From Balanoglossus misakiensis (lineage: Eukaryota; Animalia; Hemichordata), in the NCBI GenBank assembly GCA_040954595.2, contig CM082597.2:8711778-8775777 (forward strand): a stretch of 64,000 nucleotides of DNA. The letters are read 5' to 3'. The translations under genes and the position numbers were made by a program. Below are positions 33,780 through 44,528 of this stretch, in pieces. Positions within the stretch are counted from its first letter, which is position 1. Every line of letters starts with the position of its first letter. Under the pieces are notes generated by a model that saw nothing but the letters and a program-made list of their open reading frames with translations, had not been told where the DNA came from and searched no databases.

Positions 33780-34714
33780 GTGGTAGTCCTCCGTACAGGT
33801 CTGCGTTCTCCCATGGTTCTCCCGGCGTTTTATACACGGCTTCCACCACATCTCTGCAAGGCTCCATGGACAAAACTGATTCGTCTGAGATCCGGATCCG
33901 GACAGCAGCTTTTCGGCCGAGATTCGATTTTATCGGGGGGAATCTTTTCCCCGTCTACCCACAAATGACTCCAAATATGATATAATTAACTTCCGAGCCG
34001 CTCGCTTTCTGATTTTCTCTTGTGTTTACCTGTTGAGATCGCCATATTGAATACAGTGAGGTTATATATATGGGTAAACACAAAAGTTTCAGAAAGCGAG
34101 CGGTTCGGATGTTAGAAGAAGTCAATCGCGGAGTCGGTTATAACCGGTTAGTAGACAGGGAAAGGATATTCTCCCGATAAAATCGCATTTCGGCGAAAAG
34201 CTCTGGTACGGATCTGGACCGCAGACGCACCAGGTTTGTCTAAGGAGCCTTAGCGTCACAATGTTCATGACAGGCTTCGTCTACCAACTCCTCTGAGTTA
34301 GCCCATACACTAGTTGTTTATTGGGAATTGGTATTGTTTATCTGACACAATTGTTCTTTCTTCTCTGTATACAAAGTCACAACTTCACAACTACCAAATG
34401 CTATTGTTCTTGAATTATGTAGTGTTACCAAATGTCACAGTTCAAACCACTGTATATAAAGAAGTATTGGCCATCCCGCCCCTCTCTCTTCATTCCGAAC
34501 CTATTCCCAAGTGTACGCGGTACATTTGTTCGTGCCGAGACCAGGATGTCGGGCATGGAGAGAGAGAGAGAAGAACAGCAGAAGAGGCCACCGTAGTCAA
34601 ATGACCAAACTCATCCGTAGGGTTGAAGATATAAACACAGGCGAAGTTCCTCAACAGATCGTTTTCCTAAAGGCCATAATTTGAAACATGATAGAGAAAC
34701 TCAAGATTTTCAAG

Positions 34715-35052
34715 CACTGACCCTTGTCAGTGCTTGGAAATTTCTAGGCTCTCACATTCCCTGAGTGTCAGGAAATTTCCGACCACTGACCCTTGTCAGT
34801 ACTTGGAAATTTCCAGGCTCTCACATTCCCTGAGTGTCTGGAAAGTTCCGACCACTGACCCTTGTCAGTGCTTGGAAATTTCTAAGCTCTCACATTCCCT
34901 GAGTGTCTGGAAATTTCCGACCACTGACCCTTGTCAGTGCTTGGAAATTTCCAGGCTCTCACATTCCCTGAGTGTCTGGAAATTTCCGACCACTGACCCT
35001 TGTCAGTGCTTGGAAATTTCCAGGCTCTCACATTTCCAAGCACTGACCCTTC
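34715..35052 (-). repeat. 69-bp minisatellite, ~4.7 units, inverted
   Basis: Reverse complement of the 33324-33779 unit. Confidence 0.95.
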
Positions 35053-36920
35053 TGGAGTGACTAGCAATTTTTGCAAATTGTACTATTAATTGAGTTCATA
35101 ATTTAGTTATTAGTTTTTTTCAATGAAATATTCAAATCCATACAACCCAAAGATGGCTCCTTCATTATTTTTATGGAAATGTCACAGTTTATTCTTTTGT
35201 TTCTGCACACTCACAAACATCTTGAAAACAATCATAGAAAAATATCGAAATATATTGTACTGTGAAAAAAAGCACTAATTTCCTTGAAAAAAGATTAAAA
35301 ACGGCTACTTTTCGGAAATTGGAAAATGTTTTCTATACTGTTCTATATTTTACTGAGATTGTTTCATCAGGGTTTATCAGTATTCTAAACCAGCTTATGT
35401 GTGCATACAATCTGATTAAAATCAGATGTAGGGTACGGCGACGTCTTTTACTTCGCAGTACGGTATTCTTATACTGTCGCCTCACACTACATCTGACCAA
35501 CTCCCATAGAAGCTCCCGTTGAAAACTCTAGTAAACCAATCAGACGGTGCCTTATAGAGAACTTTAGGTATCCTTCAGTTTTGATTGACATAACGTGCAA
35601 TCTGATTGGCCTGGCCGCAACGGGACGTTGAACAAGCTTCTATATCTGATTCATATAATACTGAAAGGGTTAAGAATGGCACACACTACATGTATGAGCT
35701 CATGGAATGTGTTTCTTCCCATAGGATAACATTAAGAATTGATAGAAAACCCTTTTCTACTATTGTAATTTTAAGAAGTTTCACTCATAACTCATCCAAA
35801 TGAAATTAAATTGAGTGATTCATATAAGTTGTAGGCTCACCACTGTGCTCAGTTTTGAGATAAACTTAAATGTGTCCATGCCTATAGAAAAATAACATAG
35901 AAAGACCTATGGTGAAAAATGTTGACTTTAATTCAGGCTGCATTAGTGGAAAAATAATCATACTTTGTCTGGCATAGAAACTCAGAATCTACAAAAAAGG
36001 CCTTTAAAACATGAATGGAAATGAAAATACTGCTACAATAAGAAATTCTTACCTTGAATAAAGTATTTATTGGTACCACCACTTCCATAAAGAAACCACT
36101 GTGCTGGTGTAATGAGTTGTCAATCTGGGTTTGCTCATTGGCCTTGCTTTGAGTTCCAATTCATGATGATGGTGTATTAGGGCACTGGACTTGAAACAGG
36201 TGTATGCTGGTATTATACACGTTGAAAGTATTGTCATTGTTTTAATTGTGGATTTTTGGATTATGCTGTGTATGTATAATGAGAATCCGTTAAAAATTGT
36301 AGGGGTCATTGCCCTTTTTAAAAAAAATACAGAGCCATGAATTTAGTTGATAATAGAAGAAATTTGCTGTCTCAGCATTTTTCACCAATGGTTTGTCTAT
36401 GGGCGAAGATTTTAACGCAATTTATCTCATAATAGAGCTTGGTGACCACATAATTTTTTTTGACCAATGAATTTACGTTTACTTGTCTGAGCTATGTGTA
36501 AAATTTCGTGAAAAAGACAATAGTAGAAGTTTGTTTTCTGGCAATTATCGATGTAATCCTTTCAGGAACAGACACACATGCACTGTTTATCAGTTTATGT
36601 TGTGCGTGTACATCCTTAAATGGTATTTGCCTCTCATGCCTTCCAAATTGTGATTCTGTTCTAGTGTTTTTGTTAAGAGCGGTACCTAGATAAAATCTAC
36701 CGGAGTACCCCAGTCACTCCGAATTAAAACAACAGAACAAGGCCAATGTCACAGTGGTCAGGCAGTCTACCAGAGTTCCCCAGTCATTTTACCGGGGTTC
36801 CCCTGGGTGTATCAATGTGGTTATATTAGGAGGTTATAGGAATATTAACGGGGTTCCCAAATCCATTACCAATGTTCCCCGACCTTTGCAAAAACACTGT
36901 GTTCTTTTTATCCTCCACAG

Positions 36921-37409
36921 GAAGAGACAAAGAAAAGCATAGCAACCTCTGCTGATACTGCCACAACAAGCACAAGCACAAACACACCCCAGCCTGTAAC
37001 TTCTGCGAACCAACAACCCCCACCCTATCCAGCCGCAGCATACCAGCAACACTTCCAGCAGATGTCATACCCGAACCCATTCGTGTCTCAGTACGCTGCG
37101 TTTGCAGGAGCCGGACAGCCGCCACAACACAGAGATGCGGCATCGAACAACGACAACACCGTTCAACCGCCAGCCGATGCAACACCCCAGGCAGATGTCA
37201 ACACTCCCCTAGCACCAGAACCTGCAACTGCCAACACAGAAAACACCCCCAGAGAAATGCCAATGACAATGCTACCACAGAGACAAACATACGACAAAGA
37301 AATGTCAGCCAGCAAGGGTATGAGCAACCCAGAAGAAGAAACGACACACTATCAAATCAGAATAATCGCCAGATACGTCAGCAAGAAAATAGTAATTCTT
37401 TCGTGTTGA
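36921..37409 (+). CDS. Candidate terminal coding exon, low-complexity T/P/Q/A-rich protein
   Basis: Strong acceptor ttctttttatcctccacag|, then 162 open codons in phase 0: EETKKSIATSADTATTSTSTNTPQPVTSANQQPPPYPAAAYQQHFQQMSYPNPF... Upstream exons not identified. Confidence 0.45.
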   Translation, partial: EETKKSIATSADTATTSTSTNTPQPVTSANQQPPPYPAAAYQQHFQQMSYPNPFVSQYAAFAGAGQPPQHRDAASNNDNTVQPPADATPQADVNTPLAPEPATANTENTPREMPMTMLPQRQTYDKEMSASKGMSNPEEETTHYQIRIIARYVSKKIVILSC

Positions 37410-38120
37410 TAGTGCTGTTGAGTCTAGCCTTAGCAGCTCTTATGTTGAGACGATTATTCATTACATACGAGTTTAAATTTGATTATAATGTGTAGTTTAT
37501 GAAAATATTTAATTAATTCACAACTGATGACAGGTCAAATGTTATTATTTTCCTCGAGTTTTCATACACATCTGGAATGTTGTCTATATCTTAACAAAAA
37601 CTATTGTTGAAAAGTGCTGGTGAAAAATCAAGCCAGCCATTATTTATTGTATTGAAATAGATGGGGGGAGGCACAATGAAAATGGCATATGTTTAGTCTA
37701 TAGATTTCTGGAAACCACTGGTGAACTCGCTGATAGTACTGAGCAATCTGAATGATATGAACATAGTGGTTTTTTGGTTGTAGATACAAGACCTCTCTGC
37801 AAAATTTTCCTCAAAGAGGTTTTAAATCCGTAACCAAATATAAGCGCACACCATTTATAATGTCATTATATATAATATGATTTTGTGTGATAAAAAATCT
37901 GATGTTTGGATTTTAAGTATTACATGCCAGAAAGGCCTCGTTGCTCACTGCTCATGAAAATGCCACTTGTACAAACATGTTCTAGAATTTCTTAAGTAGA
38001 GCGCCCTGATGCCCATGACCAATCCAAGTTTATAAATTGTGTTCTATTCAGATGCATTCTCTTTTGTGTATTTTATTTCAGTTATTTACTGTTCAGGTCT
38101 TCTAGTAGAGAATGTTATGA

Positions 38121-38517
38121 CAGAACCCCATGGCTCGATCGTGCAAGCACGGCGTAACGGTAGTATTTGCATCGAGTGTCTGGCAGTGTATTCTTGCGCC
38201 TGTCCCCCGCACTCGCTGTCGCTCGTGCGGGGGGCAGCAAGAATACACCGCCAGCACGAGTGCAAATACTACCGGTACGCCGTGCTTGCACGATTGAGCC
38301 ATGGGGTTCTGTTTTTATTACATATGTTCATCCCATTTTGAAAAAAAGACCGAAAATGAAAGAAATGAGACCGCGGAATGATATTGCTTGTTTCGTGAAC
38401 AGGCCACTCATTTGCATACAGGTATAGCATAATGTTTTTGGTATTGCACTGAGTGCAAATACCGATGTTACGCGCGCGCTCGGTGCAAGTAATCGACGGT
38501 ACATATGTAATAAAAAC
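38121..38517. mobile_element. Non-autonomous element with ~190-bp terminal hairpin
   Basis: Hairpin cagaaccccatggctc...gagccatggggttctg (38121-38310), followed by a body bounded by tttttattacatatgt / acatatgtaataaaaa. Same layout as 1385-2032. Confidence 0.65.
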
Positions 38518-40074
38518 CCTTGCTTCAACCAATTACAGAGCTTCAATCAGACCAGGTATACCCTGGTATTATAAATTTATGATCTATGTTATACAGGTAT
38601 AGGACATTTTGTCTTTCACCATGTTTACACTGGGTAAAATGAGAAACATTTCAGATACCAGGTTCAGGCAGGGAAAAATTTGAGACACTATTTGCCTATG
38701 GTAAACACAGAGCATTAATCCTTTGAGTCGTTTGTGTCCACACACACAAAGTTTATGTATAGGCACTGCGAGGCTCGGCCCCATAGACAATGGGTTGAGA
38801 AGAGGTGTTAATCATTACACCGGATCAGGTATGGCTGGCAAAACCGTCTCAAATCTGAAACGTTCCAGGAAGACTTTAATTGTTCACAAAGTATTTTTTA
38901 TGTCAATGTTTGAGTTGAGATGTTTCAGAAAACTTTCAATGGTCCCTATGTGAATGCCCTATTTTTAGTTCCTTTGTGTTGTATGTACAAACACATACAA
39001 GTTTCAGCTTTAGGGATCAGTCAGAGCATATTATCAAGCAGTCTGTCTATCGGTTGCTATGTGTGTGTGTGTGTGTCATCTCCACAAAAAATATGTAGCA
39101 CTACATGTACTTCATGAATCACAATATACACACAGTGACTGGCTGTGAGGGTAACATGTGGATGACATGATGGTGTTATAATGCTATTAAGTGCAAATGT
39201 AAAACCTGGACTACAGGCAAGATTTTTGAAAGGACGGTAAATGTTGATGCAAAGAATGTTTGAGTCAGCCTATGCACGTGAACTCAAATATACAGAAAAA
39301 TTTACAAATCTTAAAGTAACATTTTCATATGGAATTGTGTACTTTTGAAAATCATTTCAAAATCATGTTATAGACTTGTTGAAAGACTGCTGACTACATC
39401 TGAATAAAAAGAAACATGAAATTCAAGCAATAACCAGTATTTTACTTCTCTCTTGTACATAATCATCATGACATGATCAATAGGTCATTTTCATGATCCC
39501 TATGTGACTTCTTGACTTGCATATTCATTGGAATGAATCCTCTATTTTGATTTAAAACTCTGTAAGTGCCAATAATATTCACTAATTTGAATTCCCATTT
39601 TGATCTATTTTTTGAAAAACTTTTCGCCATGTATAGCTCGCACTATTTCTACAAAACAGGGACAAATTGGCTGAATTTCCAATGTTGTGTTAACTGTTTT
39701 ATTAATCATGAGGAAAAAGCGCCGGGCTTATAACTTCCACGGGCGCGCCCAACATTATTTGGGCGATACCATTTTGTGGTAGGTGTCACTGGCAAACATG
39801 CACCGGACTTCTGATTTATATACTACATGTACTAGGGTCTCACTTGTTGCAACAGTGTTAAAGAAATCAAACGGTTTTGTTTTGGCCGGTAAACACCGAT
39901 GGATTAACTCTTAAGTCCATCGTGCATCCAAACGCAGTCGAGTCGGTTCGGTCATTGTTTATGCGACAGTAAATGCCAAATGTGACAGAAGCATCATATT
40001 AAATGAGATAGAATACACAAACAAACAAACATACGAATAAACAAACAGGCAAACAAACAAACAAACAACCATTA

Positions 40075-40327
40075 AGGACTGTTCAGAATTTACTTCCAAG
40101 TTGGGGATGGAGAATTTTTTATTTTCCTGGTGATTTTTTCCCATGGTCACCCCTAGTAAATTGTGGAGGAAATATGTGGTCCCCCCTTAAATTTCCTGGG
40201 GATTTTCCATGGTCCCCCTATTGTGACTTTTATGTCTAGTCTCCCCTAATTTGTCTTAGAGAAAATGGGTGGTCCCCCCCCCCTCTGAAAATTCTCCGCC
40301 CCCTGGAAGTAAATTCTAAACAGTCCC
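40075..40327. mobile_element. PIF/Harbinger-type MITE
   Basis: tta|AGGACTGTTCAGAATTTACTTCCA ... TGGAAGTAAATTCTAAACAGTCCC|tta, 3-bp TTA TSD. Confidence 0.75.
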
Positions 40328-40527
40328 TTATTAAAGCCAACAGCTAGCACCCTGGCTTCTCTGCCAGAGGAGCGATAACATCGACAAAATGCAGATACAC
40401 AAGAAATGAGCACGTTATTCCACAAGTGAAGTAGTCTGTTCCCTGCGCCATTCCCACCGCTGGCTGCGCCCTTGAGCGTAGCGCCGATGGCAGTGGGAAT
40501 GGGGCAGGGGACCTAGTCCAGGAGCTA

Positions 40528-43500
40528 GATGCCGTTAATCAGAATTTTTGGTAAGGAAGGTTTGAGAGGTCCATTCTATGTAAAAAATGGTGCTGATTCC
40601 AAAAATGTCAGTCTTATTGACCCCACTCAAGACAAAATTGCCATTTTGGCCATTTTTAACCCAAAAATGGTGTTTTTTTAGAAAACACTAAAAACACACT
40701 GTTTTCGTCACATTCTAAGATCTGATGACATATGATATGCTTATTCTATGTAAAATTTGGTGAATATTACGAAAAAAATAGTTCGATTGACCCAAAACAA
40801 CAGAAAATTGCCTTTTTGACCATTTTTTGCCAAAAAAAACATCATTTTTAGAAAAAAATTAAAACACACGGTTTTCTTCATAATAGTTGATCTGGTGATA
40901 TATGGAAAGTCAATTCTATGTTAAAAGTGGTGACTTTAAAAAATAAAGCAGTTTTTTGACCTCAATCAATACAAAAATGCCATTTTTGGCCACTTTTTGA
41001 GGTCAAAAAAGGTCATTTTTACAAAAAAACTAAAAATAAATTGTGTTTTTCATATTCAGAGATCATTGGATATATGAAGGGTCCATTCTATGTAAAAAAC
41101 GGTGCTGATTTCAGAAATAGCAGTCTTTTTGACCCTACTCAAGAAAAAAATGCCATTTTTGCCACTTTTTGCCCCAAAACGTCATTTTTAGAAAACACTC
41201 AAAATTTATATTTTTTCTTCACTTTTGGAGATCTGATAATGTATTATATGCCCATCCTATGTAAAACTTGGTGATTATTCCAAAAAAGCAGATTTATTGA
41301 CCCAACCTAATGCAAAAATGCCCTTTTGGAAAGTTATTACCTAAAAAGGCCGTTTTTAGAAGAAAAAAAATTAAAAACAAACTTTTCTTCATAAAGCTCA
41401 GAGATCATGTGATATATGAAATGTTCAACCTATGTAAAAAATGGTGCTAATTCCAGAAATAGCAGTCTTATTGATCCTACTCAAGAAAAAATGCCATTTT
41501 TGCCACTTTTTGCCCCAAAAACGTCATTTTCAGAAAACACTCAAAATTTATATATTTTCTTCACTTTCGGAGATCTGATAATGTATTATATACCCACTTT
41601 ATGTGAAAAATTTCCAAAAAAGCATTTTTATTGATGCCACCCAAGATAAAAGTGCCCTTTGGCAAGTTTTTGCCCAAAAAGTGTCATTTCTAGAAAACAC
41701 CCAAAACTTTTATATTTTCTTCACTTTCGGAGATGATGATGTATTATATACCCACTCTATGTGAAAAAATTCAAAAAAAAAAAAATTACTAGCGCCACTC
41801 AAGAAAACAGTGCTTTTTTGACAAGTTTTTGCCCAAAAAGCCACTTTTCGAAAATCATTATAAACAAACTGTTTGATTCTTATTTGGAGATTCTATGATG
41901 TGTGAAAAGTACATTTATTGTAAAATAGGTGTTGATTCCAGAAATGCAGTCTTAATGACCTCAACCATGATGAAATCACCTTTTTGGCTAAGTTTTGCAC
42001 AAAATTGTTATTTTTAAGAATATATTAATAAGCATTCTCTTTTCTTCACTTTCGGTGATCTTATTATAAATAAAAGCCCATTCTATATTGAAACGTGGTT
42101 ACTGTTCCAAAAACGGAAGTCTTACTTACCCTATTCAATTGAAATTTGTAATTTCGGCCACTTTTTTGGTCAAAAATGTTCATTAAAAACAAACAAACTA
42201 AAGACAAATTGTTTTCTTCATATTCAGAGATCTGATCATGTATGAAAAGTCCATTCTGTGTAAAATTTGGTGACTATTCCAAAAACGGCACTCTGGTTGT
42301 CAAAATTGCCTTTTTTGCTATTTGTAGCCAAAAATAGATCTACTCAAGAAAAAATTATCATTTTAGCCATTTTGTACCGAAAAAATGTTTGTATTTGGAG
42401 TTTTTGCAAAATTAGCCCAAGTTGAACTCATAATGATGATGAAACAGCGTCGAGAGGAAAAGAAGTTACGAATGGAACAAAACTCGCGTCAATGAATGTA
42501 AACACGCCGCCCGGGACCAAGCTCTAAACATGATACAGATGACAAAAGAAAGGCATTGCACATTGCCTAAATATTCCCATACAGCAGTTCCAAATTAAAA
42601 CGTCAAGGGTTTTATGTTTATTTAGTTTAAACCCACATTTTCCCTGCTGCGTGCTAGTTCAGGGGCCAGTTTTAGCAGTGCTCTATTGAGTATTCTAGCA
42701 TCGTTGCACTCCTGTCCAATCAGTATGACGGAGGTATCATGATATAAATTATAATATAATTTCTGATTTTGTATTCAGATTGAAGAGAATAAATTTCAAC
42801 ACTCTCTCCCGAGCTGGCATATCTGAACCTAAATATTCCACACCACGCATAATCGACTTATAGTAGACAGTGCGTATACATGGATCATCTTATTGTTAAG
42901 TTCAGTTTTGGGCTAAATTTGCCAAATTGTGGCAACCCTGTCTTTCAATATCATCAATTTAATTGACATTATATGGTTATGGCGTTTTAAATATGCATAT
43001 ACAACATCAGAACACAAAAGGTAAAAACATCAATTATATTTGTTTTCTGAAAATGCCTATTGTTGACCAAAAGATGGCTAAATGGCAATTTTGTACTGAG
43101 CGGGGTGTCTCAATAAGACCGTTGTGCTGGTATCAGCATATTTTTTGCACGCACACACACAAAAAAAACGAATTTACATACATCACAAGGGCTCTGAATA
43201 TAAAGGAATAAGTTTGTATTTATTTTTTCTAACAGTTACCTTTTTGAGCAAAGAGGCCAAAATGATATTTTTTTCCCTCAGTGGGGTCAGTAAGAGTGGG
43301 TTTTTTAGTACTTTTATTTATCATTTGATCACCAATGGGAAGAAAATGGCATAATTTTCGTATTTTCTAGAAATGACACTTTTTGAGCAAAAACTTGCCA
43401 AAAAGGCACTTTTATCTTGAGTGGCATCAATAAAACTGCTTTTTTGGAAATTTTTCACATACAGTGGGCATATAATTCATTATCAGATCTCCGAAAGTGA

Positions 43501-44528
43501 AGAAAATATATAAATTTTGAGTGTTTTCTGAAAATGACGTTTTGGGGGCAAAAAGTGGCAAAATGGCATTTTTTCTTGAGTAGGATCAATAAGACTGCTA
43601 TTTCTGGAATCAGCACCATTTTTTACATAGGATGAACATTTCATATATCACATGATCTCTGAGCTTTATGAAGAAAAGTTTGTTTTTAAATTTTTTTCTA
43701 AAAATGGCCTTTTGGGGCAAAAACTTTCCAAAAGGGCATTTTTGCATTAGGTTGGGTCAATAAATCTGCTTTTTTCGAATAATCACCAGATTTTACATAG
43801 GGTGGGCATATAATACATTATCAGATCTCCGAAAGTGAAGAAAATATATAAATTTTGTGTGTTTTCTGAAAATGACGTTTTGGGGCAAAAAGTGGCAGAA
43901 ATGGCATTTTTTCTTGAGTAGGGTCAATAAGACTGCTATTTCTGGAATCAGCACCATTTTTTACATAGAATGGACATTTCATATATCCAATGATCTCTGA
44001 ATATGATAAACACAATTTATTTTTAGTTTTTTTGTAAAAATGACCTTTTTTGACCACAAAAAGTGGCCAAAAATGGCATTTTTGTATTGATTGAGGTCAA
44101 AAAGACTGCTTTATTTTTTAAAGTCACCACTTTTAACATAGAATTGACTTTCCATATATCACCAGATCAATCATTATGAAGAAAACCGTGTGTTTTATTT
44201 TTTTTCTAAAAATGACGTTTTTGGGGCAAAAATTGGTCAAAAAGGCAATTTTCTGTTGTTTTGGGTCAATCGAACTACTTTTTTCGTAATATTCACCAAA
44301 TTTTACATAGAATAAGCATATCATATGTTATCAGATCTCAGAATGTGACGAAAACAATGTGTTTTTAGTGTTTTCTAAAAAAAGACCATTTTGGGGTTAA
44401 AAATGGCCAAAATGGCAATTTTGTCTTGAGTGGGGTTAATAAGACTGACTTTTTTGGAATGAGCACCATTTTTTACATAGAATGGACTTCTCAAACCTTC
44501 CTTACCAAAAATTCTGATTAACGGCACC
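40528..44528. mobile_element. 4-kb Foldback-like element with >1.1-kb TIRs made of ~170-bp subrepeats
   Basis: ta|GATGCCGTTAATCAGAATTT... / ...AATTCTGATTAACGGCACC|ta. Arms ~40528-41697 and ~43364-44528 are near-identical inverted copies. The gatc anchor recurs every ~170 bp. No transposase ORF seen. Confidence 0.88.

Larger units (their letters stand above)
32788..35347. mobile_element. Nested-palindrome non-autonomous element
   Basis: Terminal IR aacagtatagaaaacattttccaatttccgaaaa (32793-32826 / 35309-35342), mirrored 69-bp arrays, and a central diverged IR 33858-34030 / 34073-34251. Confidence 0.7.

Noticed and set aside
33226-35076. 215-aa and 108-aa ORFs with 23-aa repeats, and a superficial CRISPR-like look
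   Set aside because: The 69-bp unit is a multiple of 3 and stop-free by chance. Units are contiguous near-identical repeats with no unique spacers and no cas genes.
36050-36310. Possible minus-strand exon ending at a gtaag donor (the missing first lectin exon?)
   Set aside because: No frame shows the C..GW...CY...W..A...C pattern, frames contain stops, and there is no clear acceptor.
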